NCBI RefSeq assembly: GCF_963921235.1
Contig: NC_086097.1
Span: 248,932,001 to 248,996,000 of the forward strand
From: Mobula hypostoma
Lineage: Eukaryota
Direction of reading: 5' to 3'
Length of the DNA stretch: 64,000 nt
Shown here one piece after another: positions 38,591 to 51,605 of this stretch. Below the pieces are notes generated by a model that made no database searches, was not told the origin of the DNA, and saw nothing but the letters and a program-made list of their open reading frames with translations. Within the stretch, counting starts at the first letter, position 1. Every line of letters starts with the position of its first letter. Both the position numbers and the translations under genes were made by a program.

Positions 38591-39639
38591 TTACACACTA
38601 CAAATGTATCTGCCTGTACCACCTCCCTTGGCAGGGTATTCCACTCTGTGTATAAAACTTACCTCTGATATTCCCCACCACCCCCCCACCCCATACTTTC
38701 CTCTACTTTCCACATGGGTTTCCTCCGGATGACTCAGCTTCTTCCCACATTCCCAGATGTATGGGCGTTGGAGCAGGAAGCATGGCAGCACTGAAACACC
38801 AGGTAGTGTAATGCGCTGGGAGATCAATTCCCACTGCTGTTTGTGCATTCTCCCTGTGACCGCATGGGCTTCCTCCCATATTCCAACCCTGCACGGATTA
38901 TTAGGTTGATTGGCCACATGGGTGTGATTGGGCCATGCCCAGCTGGCTCTTTCGATGTACATGTGGCAAATAATGCTAATATTTTAAAGATCTTTATCTT
39001 TAAAACTACGTGGACCATGGATATTGCGTCCTAGCTGTCTACGTGATACGCAAGCCAGGGCAGAACAATATAGAGAGCGAGCTGTTGCCCGTGCAGCAGG
39101 CTCCCCCTCTCCACGCAGCTGGTGAATCCAAAGGAGCGGTGGAAACCAGTACGGATTGGCACCAGTATTATCGCAGGAGTTGCCAGTCAGTGTTGAACTC
39201 AATGTACGACTGCTGCAGAGTCTCCAGCACCAGACGTTCCTCGGGGTTTGCTCATGAAACCTTCCACGTGAGTGGGTACAACAGCAAGGCAGTGGACATT
39301 CCCCAAGGTTGTTATAGGGATAAGCTGGTCCCACTATCCAGTAAATGCTCCGATGCCGTGCATCTCAAATAGCCTCTAACAACCAAGTCCAGCTCCTGGC
39401 CTTCGTGCATGGCTTAGCTACTAATCCTGGCAAAACCAATTCTACTGACAGGAGAAGGGGCACTGGTGACTTAAAACCAGTCACTTCGGGCAGATGGGGC
39501 TCGTCAATCGTGATTGGCAGCTCATCTATGAGAAGGGTGACCCTGATGTCATTTAAATCTAGAGATGGGCAATGAAATGCTGGCTCAGCTCAAAGTTCAA
39601 AGTTCAAAGTACATTATTTATCAAAGTATGTATGTTTTG

Positions 39640-40020
39640 CCAATATGATGGAGGTTTCACTGGGCAAGAGAAATCGAGGCAGGCCCCGTAAGAGACTCAA
39701 AGACTGTGTGAAAGCTAACGTTCACACAATGGGCTTCTACCAAGAGAGCTGGAAGGGATTGCACAAGACCAGAGTGGCTGGTGAGCCTTGATTAGAACCA
39801 GTCACAACAACCTGGAGGAGAGACGTCAAGTAATACTAATCACTGCCCGACAAAGAAGGAAAACAATAACAGCGACTCCACTCCCCGATCCAGCACAGTT
39901 TTCATGTCCTTGTTGTGGACGTCTCTGTCATTCACAACTTGAACTCAACCGCCACCTATGAACACACAACAGAACTGCTGAGATCTAACTATCATCGTCA
40001 GATATGATGGACAACCAATC
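39640..40020 (+). mobile_element. Decayed RTE-clade LINE 3' end with C-terminal zinc-finger motif
   Basis: GKRNRGRPRKRLKDCVK and FSCPCCGRLCHSQLELNRHL*TH read directly from the DNA. Confidence 0.75.
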
Positions 40021-40589
40021 TTGTATGCGATATCCAACCCTGAGATTCATCTCCTTACAGGCAGACACAAATCGAAGAATCCCAATAGGACCCATTTGAA
40101 AAAAAGATCAACAAACACCCACTGTGCAGAAGAAAAAAGCAAATGGTGCAAACAACAAAAGTAAGCAAATAACATTCAGAACTGAAGTTCACGAGAGTCC
40201 TCAGCCATGAAGCCAGTCCCAGATGATTCAGGAACCCGTTAGTTGCAGTCTACAGCCTCACTTGAGGCTGACTCACTTGATAAGTAAAACAAATTGTGTG
40301 TGAGAGTGAACAGCTTGTAGCTGATGTCATCAGATTTATCATTACAGACCAGGGACTTTCCACTGTGTGTTGTAACTCAGACAGACTGACAGACAGACTT
40401 TACAGAACTCTTACACTTTCCTCTCACCGACTGCTTTGTAGTCAGCAGGTGGTCAGCCCTTGCAGTGTTCTGAGGGGAATGGTAGTGAACCCAGACAAGG
40501 CAGTATCGGTCTACATTTCAATCTGCTGCTGCACTGGGAAGTGAAACCAGTCTACATGGTGCTCTGCTCTGTCCTGAATTGGAATCGGA

Positions 40590-41112
40590 GCGGTTTTGTG
40601 TCCCTCATCTAAGAAAAGATTTCCTGGCATTGGAGAGGGTCCAGAAGAAGTTCATAGGAATGAAAGGTTTATCATACGAGGAACGTTTGATGACTCTGGG
40701 CCTGTACCCGCGGGAGTTTAGCAGAATAGCAAGGAAAGTTCATGGTAACTTAGCGAATTTTGAAAGGCCGAGATAGAGTGGACATGAAGAAAATGTTTCC
40801 TGTAGTGGGAGAGTCCAGGACCAGGGGCACAACCTCAGAATAGAAGGACATCCATTTAGAACAGAGATGAAGAGGAATTTTTTTTAGCCGGAGGATGGTG
40901 AATCTGTGGGGCTCATTGTGTAGATGTCTGTGGAGGCCAAGTCTTTGGGTACATTTAAAGCGGAGGCTAATATGTTCCTGATTAGTCAGGGTGTCTAAGG
41001 TGACGGGGAGAAGGCAGGAGAATGGGGTTGAGAGGGGTGATAAGCTAGTCATGATGAAATGCCGGAGCTGCTTGATGGACTGAATGGCCTAGTTCTGCTC
41101 CTATGTCTTATT
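40590..41112 (+). mobile_element. Decayed CR1 LINE 3' end
   Basis: PHLRKDFLALERVQKKF..LSYEERL and CR1 3'UTR. Confidence 0.85.
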
Positions 41113-41686
41113 TATGATTATTATTATGAGGACACGCAGTCCCCTTTTATCGTCGTTTAGTAATGCATGCATTAAGAAATGATAAAAATGTTTTTCCAGA
41201 ATGATAGAAAAACACATGACAAACCGACTTAAAAACTAACAAAAACCACAAAATTATAACATATAGTTACAACAGTGCAAAGCAATACCGTAACTTGATA
41301 AGAACAGACCATGGCACAGTAAGAATCTCAGAGTCTCTCTTAAGTCCCATCATCTCACACAGACAGTGAACCTCCAGCGCTGCCAACTTGCTGATGCAGC
41401 ATCCTGGAAGCATCCGACCACAGTCCGATTCCGAGTCCGTCCGAAAAACTCCGAGCCTCCGACCAGCTCTCCGACACCGAGCACCATCTCTGCCGAGTGT
41501 TTTGACCCCGGCCCCGGCAACAGGCGATACACAAAGCCGAGGATTTGGGGCCTTCATCTCCAACTTCTTTCTTAAGTTTATTATTGTCATGTACCAAGAT
41601 ACAGCAAAAATGCTTGTCTTGCTTGCTGATCATACAGGTCGAATCATTATGCATTGAGGTGGAACAAGGTAAAACAATGACATATA

Positions 41687-42585
41687 GGTTGGGGGTGTTG
41701 TGGATAGTGTGGAGGGCTGTCAGAGGTTACAGCGGGACATTGATTGGATGCAAAACTGGGCTGAGAAGTGGCAGATGGAGTTCAACCCAGATAAGTGTGA
41801 GGTAGTTCATTTTGGTAGGTCAAATATGATGGCAGAATATAGTATTAATGGTAAGACTCTTGGCAGTGTGGAGGATCAGAGGGATCTTGGGGTCCGAGTC
41901 CATAGGACACTCAAAGCTGCCACACAGGTTGACTCTGTGGTTAAGAAGGCATACAGTGCGTTGGCCTTCATTAATCGTGGGATTGAGTTTAAGAGCCGAA
42001 AGGTAATGTTGCAGCTATATAGGACCCTGGTCAGACCCCATTTGGAGTACTGTGCTCAGTTCTGGTCACCTCACTACAGGAAGTATGTGGAAACCATAGA
42101 AAGGGTGCAGAGGAGATTTACAAGGATGTTGCCTGGATTGGGGAGCATGCCTTATGAGAATAGGTTGAGTGAACTCGGCCTTTTCTCTTTGGAGCGACGG
42201 AGGATGAGAGGTGACCTGATAGAGGTGTATAAGATGATGCAAGGCATTGATCGTGTGGATAGTCAAAGGCTTTTCCCCAGGGCTGAAATGGCTAACACGA
42301 GAAGGCACAGTTTTAAGGTGCTTGGAAGTAGGTACAGTGGAGATGTCAGGGGTAAGTTTTTAATGCAGAGAGTGGTGAGTGGTGGAATGGGCTGCTGGCG
42401 GTGGTGGTGGAGGCAGAAATGATAGGGTCTTTTGAGAGACTCCTGGATGGCTACATGGAGCTTAGAAAAATAGAGGGCTATGGGTAAAGCCTAGGTAGTT
42501 CTAAGGTAGGGACATGTTCAGCACAGCTTTGTGGGCCGAAGGGCCTGTATTGTGCTGTATGTTTTCTTTGTTTCTATGTTTCTAA
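41687..42585 (+). mobile_element. CR1 LINE 3' portion
   Basis: ORF 41700-42422 (LQRDID..WAEKWQMEFNPDKC) and tttctatg tail. Confidence 0.92.
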
Positions 42586-42739
42586 TACCCACAAGGTAAT
42601 GAAGGAACTCAGCAGGCCAGGCAGCATCAATGGAGAGAAATAAACAGTCAACGTTTCAGACCACGACCCTTCATCAGGATCTCAGTATTTCTCTCCATGG
42701 ATGCTATCTGACCTGCTGATTTCCACCAGCATTTTAGAA

Positions 42740-43275
42740 ACCTGCACAAGGACCCCCACGTCCATTGGCACTTCTGATTTCTGAATTTTCTCCCCATTTA
42801 GAATAAAGTTTATGCCTCTCTCCCTTCCACAAAAGTGCATGACCCTACACTTTTCTACACCATATTCAATCTTTGACTTCTGTGCCCATTCTCCCAGTAT
42901 GTCTAAGTTCTTCTGCGGACTGCCTGCTTCCTCAACACTACCTGGCCCTCCACCTCAAACATGGCTACAAAGCCATCAATTCCATCATACGACATGAAAA
43001 GAAAAGGCCCTACACTGACCCTTGTGGAACAGCACTAGTCATTGGTAACCAATCAGAAAAGTGCCCCTTTATTCCCACTCTTTGCCCCGTGCCAAGCGGT
43101 TAATCTTCTACCCATGCTAGAATCTTTCCTGTAAAACCACTTACCATGTTAAGCAGCCTCTTGTCTGGCACCTTGTCAAAGGCCTTCTGAAAATCCAAGC
43201 AACACTATCCCCTGACTGTCCTTTGACTATCGTGCCTGTTATTTCCTCAAAGAATTCTAACCGGCCCGTCAGGCA
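42740..43275 (-). mobile_element. Decayed CR1 RT fragment
   Basis: Homologous to 7990-8570 (DFQKAFDKV motif on the minus strand). Confidence 0.75.
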
Positions 43276-44004
43276 GCATCTATGAAGCAAAATAAACCAG
43301 TTTCTGACCTGATCCTTCATCAGGAGGGGGAAGGTGAATGGATAGGGGAGATGAGATGAAGTGTGAACTTCAACCCTTCACCTCTTCCACCTGTCACCTC
43401 CCGACTTCTCACTTATTCCCCCCTCACAAATTTTAATTCTGGTTTCTTCCCCATTTCCAGCGCTAATGAAGAGATTTGGCCTGGAACGTCGACAGTTTCA
43501 TAGATGCTGCCTGACCTGCTGAGTTCCTCCGGCAGTTTGCGTGTGTTATTTAGGTGGTGTTGATTGTTAACATAAACAACACTTTTCACTGCATGGTTTG
43601 CTGTACGTGTGATAAACTAATAAATGAATTTGAATCTTTATTACCTGGAGTGTGGGTGGCCTACACAGGCTTTTTCCACAGAGGTTGGGTGGGATTACAA
43701 CTAGACGTTATGGGTTAAAGGTGAAAGGTGAAATGTTTAAGAGGAACCTGAGGGGGAAACTTCTTCACTCAGAGGGTGGTGAGAGTGTGGAACGAGCTGC
43801 CAGCACAAGTAATGCATGTGAGCTCAATTTTAACATTTAAGAGAAGTTTGGATAGGTACATGGATGGCAGTGACATGGTCTCAGTGCAGGTGAATGGGAG
43901 TAGGCGGTTTAAATGATTCGACACAGACTAGATGGGCCAAAGGGCCTGTTTCTGTGCTGTACTTTTCTATGACTCTGTAATTCAGTTAGGGGTGTGGATA
44001 AGGT

Positions 44005-46500
44005 GGATGATCGAGACACGACTGCGCAGGTGCGTGGACGTCAGCGAGCTAGACCGGCGGGAAGAATTTTAAAGGAGAGAGTCTTTTTCTTCAGCGGTTT
44101 GATCGAGACATGACTGCGCAGGCGTGAGGGCATCTGCAAGTTAGACCAGCGGGAAGAATTTTAAAAGAAGACAGCTTTATAGGGCGGGTGAGAGTAGAGG
44201 GAGTCAGAGTAGGAAGGTTTAGATGGGGCTTCGGCAATAGCAGGTTGAGGTGAGGTAAGTTACTTGTGAAGAATAGGAATAGGAAGTATGTCTGTGGGGC
44301 CGGTGTTCTGTACAGCTCCTCAGGAACCGTGTTAGGGAACTGGAGATGCAGCTCGATGACCTTCAACTGGTCAAGGAGAGTGAGGAGGTGATAGAGAGGA
44401 GCTATAGGCAGGTAGTCACACCGGGGCCTGGGGAGACAGATAAGTGGCTAACAGTCAGGAGAGGGAAGGGTAGAAGTCAGAGGCTAGAGGGTACCCCTGT
44501 GGCTGTCCCCCTTAACAATAAGTACTCCTGCTTGAGTACTGTTCGGGGGATGGCCTACCTGGGGGAAGCAACAGTGGCTGTGCCTCTGGCACAGAGTCTG
44601 ACCCTGAGGCTCAGAAGGGTAGGGAAAGGAAGAGGATGGCAGCAGTGATAGGGGACTATAGTTAGGGGGTCAGACAGGCGATTCTGTGGATGCAGAAAAG
44701 AAACACGGATGGTAGATTGCCTCCCAGGTGCCAGGGTCCGGGACGTTTCTGATCGCGTCCACGACATCCTGAAGTGAGTATGGAACTGGAGGAGGTACTG
44801 GAGGTACTCAATAAATATTTTGCTTCAGTATTCACTACAGAAAAGGACCTTGGTGATTATAGGAATGACTTACAGCAGACTGAAAAGCTTGAGCATATAG
44901 ACATTAAGAAAAAGATGTGCTGGAGCTTTTGGAATGCATCAAGTTGGATAAGTCACCAGGACCGGATGAGATGTAACCCAGGCTATTGTGGGAGGTGAGG
45001 AAGGAGATTGCTGACCCTCTAGCGATGATCTTTGCATCATCAGTGAGGACGGGAGAGGTTCCAGAGAATTGAAGGTTTGCGGATGTTGTTCCATTATTCA
45101 AGAAAGGGAGTAGAAATAGCCCAGGAAATTATAGACCAATGAATCTTACTTCAGTGGTTGGTAAGTTGATGGAGAAGATCCTGAGAGGCAGGATTTATGA
45201 ACATTTGGAGAGGCATAATATAATTAGGAATAGTCAGCATGGCTTTGTCAAAGGCAGGTCATACCTTACGAGCCTGATTGAATTTTTTTGAGGATGTGAC
45301 TAAACATATTGATGAAGGAAGAGCAGTAGATGTAGTGTATATGGATTTCAGCAAGGCATTTGATAAGATACCCCGTGCAAGGGTTATTGAGAAAGTAAGG
45401 AGGCATGGGATCCAAGGGGGCATTGCTTTGTGGATCCAGAACTGGCTTGCCCACAGAAGGCAAAGAGTGGTTGTAGATGGGTCATATTCTGCATGGAGGC
45501 CGGTGATCAGTGGTGTGCCTCAGGGATCTGTTCTGGGACCCCTACTCTTTGCGGTTTTTATAAATGACCTGGATGAGGAAGTGGAGGGATGGGTTAGTAA
45601 ATTTGCTGATGACACAAAGGTTGGGGGTGTTGTGGATAGTGTGGAGGGCGATCAGAGGTTACAGTGGAACATTGATAGGATGCAAAACTGGGCTGAGAAG
45701 TGGCAGATGGAGTTCAACCCAGATAAGTGTGAGGTTATTAATTTTGAAAGATCAAATATGATGGCAGAATATAGTATTAATGGTGAGAGTCTTGGCAGTG
45801 TGGAGGATCAGAGGGATCTTGGGGTCCGAATCCATAGGACACTCAAAGCCTCTGAGCAGGTTGACTGCGTGGTTAAAAAGGTATATGGTGTATTGGCCTT
45901 CATCAACCATGGGATTGAGTTTAAGAGCCGAGAGGTAATGTTGCAGCTATATAGGACCCTGGTCAGATCCCACTTGGAGTACTGTGCTCAGTTCTGGTCA
46001 TCTCACTATAGGAAGGATGTGGAAACTATAGAAAGGGTGCAGAGGAGATTTACAAGGATGTTGCCTGGATTGGGGAGCATGCCTTATGAGAATAGGTTGA
46101 GTGAACTCGGCCTTTTCCCCTTGGAGTGACGGAGGATGAGAGGTGACCTGATAGAGGTGTACAAAATGATGACAGGCATTGATCATGTGGATAGTCAGAG
46201 GCTTTTTCCCAGGGCTGAAATGGCTAACACGAGAGGGCATAGTTTTAAGGTGCTTGGAAGTAGGTACAGAGGAGATGTTGAGGTAAGTTTTTTTATGCAG
46301 AGTGGTGAGTTCGTGGAATGGGCTGATGGCGATGGTGGTGAGGGCAGATACAATAGGGTCTTTTAAGAGACTGCTTGATAAGTACATGAAGCTTAGAAAA
46401 ATAGAGGGCTATGGGTAACCCGAGGTAATTTCTAAAGTAAATACATGTTCGGCTCAGCATTGTGGGCCGAAGGGCCGGTATTGTGATGTAGGTTTTCATA
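44005..46500 (+). mobile_element. CR1 LINE with duplicated 5'UTR unit, ORF1 fragment, internal deletion and RT domain
   Basis: ORF1 WLTVRRGKG..VAVPLNNKY; junction near 44773; RT YMDFSKAFD, GVPQGSVLGPLLF, KFADDTK; several stops and frameshifts. Confidence 0.92.
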
Positions 46501-46894
46501 GCTCTTACCCCAAGGTCCAACACCTGAGATTCAAGATAAGATGAGAAATGTTTAAGAGAGTCCTGAGTCTTTACCTAGAGTTTAATGAGGACTTGGAATG
46601 AGCTGCCAGAGAAGTGGTCAAAGGAAATACATGTAAGAGGTTTCAGATAGATACATGGAAGGGAGTGTTGTCTTGGAGGGTTATGGGCCAAATGCTAGCT
46701 ACTGGGACTAGCAGGGAGATGCTTTGGTTAGCATGAACCTGTTGGGCCAAAGGGTCTGTTTTCATGCTCTATTAATCTGAGATAGTGAATTTGGCCCAGT
46801 ACATCATTGGTAAAGCTCTCCCAACCATTGAGCACATCTATATGAAACACTGTCATAGAAAAGCAGCATCCATCAGAGATTTTCATCTCATTCT

Positions 46895-47270
46895 GATAGC
46901 AGAGAAGACCATGGTCTTCATTGTGACATTAGAGGAGACCGTGATCCTCATTGTGACCATGGACCTCATTGTGGCATTAGAGGAGACAATGGTCCTCACT
47001 GTGTCATTAGAGGAGACCATGATCCTCATTGTGACCGTGGACCTCATTGTGGCGTTGGAGGAAACAGTGGACCTCATTGCAGCATTAGATGAGACCATGG
47101 ACCTTATTGTGGCATTAGAGCAGACCATGGACCTCATTGTAACCGTATGGACCTCATTGTAACCGTGGAGGAGACCGTGGACCTCACTGCAGCATTGGAA
47201 GAAACAGTGGACCTCGTTATGGCATTAGAGGAGACCATGGACCTTATTGTGGCAGTAGAGAAGATCTTGG
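46895..47270. repeat. Degenerate ~30-bp tandem repeat with 18-bp shortened units
   Basis: Unit gtggcattagaggagaccatggacctcatt (VALEETMDLI periodicity in the ORF track). Confidence 0.9.
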
Positions 47271-48149
47271 ACTGACATATTGGAATGGGAATGGGAAGTC
47301 AAACTGAAATGGGTCTCCTTCCCTTGTGAATTGAGCAACACGATTAGAGAGGTTCCTGTAGATTTCTCTCTCTCCATTTGCCTTTCCAGACATGCAACAT
47401 CATCTGGGGACACTTGTGGGCTGCCCCCCCCCCAGCACATTCTCGGGTCTGTTCATTGTTAACACAAACAACACATTTCACTGTGTGTTTCAATGTACAA
47501 ATAAACTTGAATTTTGCTGTCTTCCCCTTCAGACAGGTACAGGTCACTGTTTCTCTGTCCAGTGCTTCCTCCGTTCAGCCCACCAGAGTGTCAGTTACTT
47601 ACTGCCTGTTGCACTGCTGGTGTTTAGGGCAGCAATGAAGGTCCTCCATCTGTGTCTGTCCTTGGCTACCTTCTCTATTGTGCCCCAGGTGTGGTTCAGG
47701 GTCCTCATTTCTGCCTTTATGTACAGTGCCAAGTTGTCTCAAGTCTCTCACATTTCCTCTGTCATTCAGGGGTCCAATGAAGTGCTGGCCTTGATGGTGG
47801 AGTTGCCCTAACTTCTCATCTCGTGCCCAGTCCATTTCAAATATTCTTCATGATGATTGAGTTTTAGTTGTGATTTGAAACCGACGATCTTATGACTCAG
47901 AGTGAGAATATAAGCATTGGGCTAAAAATCACACCATTATTAGAGACACAAGATGACATCATTACAGGCACAGTCACAGCTTGCATTGGAGAAACAAATT
48001 CTGATCATTAGTATCAACTTCCAACACCTCCTAAAGATTTTAACAAGCATCTTGTTAATACTGTTACACATCTAGAAAGGCAAACGGAGAGAGAAAAGTC
48101 TACAGGAAGCTCTCTAATCGTGTTGTTGAATTCACAAGGGAAGGAAACC

Positions 48150-48520
48150 CATTTCAGTTTGACTTCCTATTGCCATTCCCATTCTGACATGACAGTCCAT
48201 GGTTTCCTTTACTTCCACAATGAGGTCACTCTCAGAATAGAGGAACCATGCCTCATATTTCCTTCTGGGTAGCTTCCAATAAGATGGCATGAACATCAAA
48301 TTCTCAGCTTCAGGTAATTTCTCACCCCCCTTCTTTCCATTCCCCATTCTTGTTCCCCTCTTACCTCATGTCTTCACCTCACGTCCATCACCTCCCTCTG
48401 GGGGTGCCCCTCCTCCTTCTTTTTCTCCCATGATCCACTCTCCTCTCCAATCAGATTCCTTCAGCCCTTTACGTCTTCCACCTATCACCTCCCAGCTTCT
48501 TGATTCATTCCTCCTCCTCA
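48150..48520 (+). mobile_element. Penelope-like 3' fragment
   Basis: SHSDMTVHG....NEVTLRIEEPCLIFLLGSFQ.DGMNIKFS-like C-terminus and pyrimidine-rich UTR. Confidence 0.7.
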
Positions 48521-51500
48521 ATGGCGCTGTGAAATGAAAATTGAAATTTTATTACCCAAGAAGGAAAGTAGAAATTGGGTTACAAGAGGGAGCTGGGGGT
48601 TTATTCAATAAAGGTGCCTTTGCTTTTGTCCATATTCCCTCACATCTATTCTATCCACATACTGTACAAACCATTTTTTAAGCATTAGACTTGCTTTGGA
48701 CTCCACATCTTCCTCTGGCAGCTTGTTCCTTATACCAAACATTGTCCATGCTGACCACAGCATCCCTCCCTACTGATCCCAGATGCCCATAACCCTCCAA
48801 GCCCTTTCCCCTTCATCCACCATTCCATATGCCTCTTTAAAGTTGCAATTGTACCTGTCTCAAACACTTCATCTAGCAGCTCATTCCAGGTGCTCCCATG
48901 CCGCTTTGTAAATAAAGTTGAAAGTGAATTTATTATCAAAGGACATTGTGTCACCATATACTACCTTGAGATCCACTTTCTTGCAGACAGGAATCAGAGG
49001 CATACAAAATTATGAGGGGTATAGATAGGGTCAATGCAAGTAGGCTTTTTCCTCTGAAGTTGGGTGGAACTACAACCAGAGCCCATGAATTAAGGGTGAA
49101 ATGTGAAAAATTTAAGGGAAACACAAGAAGCAACTACTGCACTCAGAGCGTCATGGGAGTGTGACGTGAGCCGCCAGTGCAAGTGTGGACACGAGCTTGA
49201 TTTCGATGTTTAAGACAAGTTTGAACAGGTACATGGATAGTAGGACATGGAGGGCTATGCTCCCGATGCAGGTTGATGGGGGTAAGCAATTTAAATGGTT
49301 TGGCGTAGACTAGATGGGCCAAAGGGCCTTTTTCTGTGCTGTGCTTTTCTATGACTAAGAAATACAACAGAATTTATTAAAAACTATAAATAACTAAGAC
49401 CGACAACCAACATACAGGAGAAGGCAAACTGTGTAAGTATTAAAAATAGTAATTAAATAATGCCGAATTGTAGCATCAACCTTGTGTGGCTATACGCCAC
49501 TTGTCCCTCTAAGAAGTTGAGCACTGACCCAGTATTGCTCAATGAGTCCTTGAGAGTGAGTCTGTGGGTTGTGGATATCAGTTCTGTGTCGGGGTGAGTG
49601 AAGTTATCCACACTGATGGTTGAGGGGCAATAACTGTTCCTGAACCCAGTGGCGTGGGACTCAAATTTCCTGTACCTCCGGCCTGATGGTAGCAGTGAGA
49701 AGAGAACATGAAAGTTCATTGTTTAACCCATGTGATTGTTCAGATTATCCCCATCCATGGTTACAAAGGTGAATATTGACTGGTGAAGTGCATGGTTCCC
49801 AAATTCTGCATGTTGTCTTTCACCATTCCTTTCAGTCCCCATCTGACTAAGACAAAGCTATTTATAACAGCAGTCTGCGGGAGGTTGAACTGTGCTCCAG
49901 ACTGTTGGGCTAGACTATAAGGCATTGGTTTGGTATTCTCTATTGATAAGATCTCTTTGAACTTGTTACGTCTTCCTGAGGAATCTGACCTGCCCACAGC
50001 TACAAAGCCTTGGTTGTGTTAATGTTTAACTGTAGAAGGCCAGGTTTCAGAGCCTTTGAGTGAATTGCAGCAGACAGAGATAGTCCAGGTTTCGTGTGGC
50101 CAGCGGGCAGTTTTGGGCAGGAGTTCAGGGAAAGGTATCATTCACTCAGACTCTCAGTCCTGCTCCAACATTCAATATGAAGGGTCTTGGCACTGTCAAA
50201 CCTCTTCACCACTGAGTTCCTTTGGGAGCACTGCCACAAGAAAGCAACATCCACCCTCAAAGACCCCCACCATCTTCACTCACTGCAATACTGAACTAAT
50301 TCCACAACCTACAGACTCACTTACAAGACTCGTTACAACTCCTGTTCTCAGTATTTATTTATTTGCGATTTCTATTGTTTTCTTTTCTGTATTTGGACAT
50401 TTTGTCTTCTTTTGCATGTGGGTTGTCGTCAGTGTTTATGTATAGTTTTCATAAATTCTACTGTATTTCTTTATTTTCCTGTAAATCCCTGCAAGAAAAT
50501 GAATCTCAAGGTACTATATGGTGATGTAAATTTACTTTGATAATATACTTACTTTGACGTTTCACACTTCAACAGGCCCGAAACGTCAACTGTTTATTCC
50601 CCTCCATAGATGCTGCCTGACTTGCTGAGTTCCTCCAGCATGTTGTGTGTGTTGCTTTGGATTTCCAGCTTCTGCAGAATTGCTTGGATTTATGAGTGTT
50701 TTTATGTCACTTTCCTGCACTAACACCACATCCTTTTATTCCCAGAATTTCCAAAAACTAACAGTCTTTGTCCTGAATATAATCATTGACTGAGTGTCGT
50801 GCCCATTGTGTGTGGAGAATTTTAAAGACTCTGCACCTCTGGGTAAAGAAATCTCGACTCTTTCCTGAAAGGCCATCCCTTCATTATGAGCCGGTGTCCT
50901 CGTTACAGACCCTGATAGCCTGAGAAAATACCAGATCTGTGTCCATCCACCCGGCCAATCTCCACAGGAATTTTATAACATTTAGATCACATCCTCTCTC
51001 ATTCCTCAGAACCCAAGAGAACATAGGGCCAGTCTCTTAAACTAGGGTTCCCTACCTGAGGTCTGTGGACCCCTCAGTTAATGGCAAGGTTCCATGACAT
51101 AAAGAAAGGTTGGGAACCCCTGGCTGAACCTGTCCTCAGATGGCAAGCCTTCCATCTCAGAAATCAAGGTGAGGAACATTCCAAGCACAACGAAGTCTGT
51201 AGATGCTGTAAATCCAGAGCAACACACACACAAAAGTGGAGGAACTCAGCGGGCCAGTCCTGAAGGAGGAGTTCAGCCTGAAACATCGACTGCTTATTGA
51301 TTTCTATAGTTCCTCTAGTAATCTATGTGTGATGAACCAGACGTAGCGAGTCCAGACCTGTTTCAGGTATCACCTGGGGCTGTATAATTATAGAAAGTCT
51401 CTCTAGTCTTGTGCTCAGGTCCTTTAGCAATAAAGGTCAACATACCACTTGTGCAGATCTCCAGGTGGTGGGGAGAACTTTGTATGTGATGGGTAGGCAC

Positions 51501-51605
51501 CGCTGGCCGCACATTCCACGCACCAACCACCCTCAGTGTATGAAGCTTCTGGCATTTCCCTTAAACATCATTTACTGGACAGAGCCCTGCAGAAAGTTGT
51601 GAACT

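Noticed and set aside
45278..46129. Reverse transcriptase ORF as an active or domesticated gene
   Set aside because: Bounded by frameshifts and premature stops; endonuclease deleted; ordinary decayed CR1.
46785..47162. 125-aa ORF with VALEETMDLI repeats
   Set aside because: Chimera of a Rex-like fragment and a TE-derived tandem repeat.
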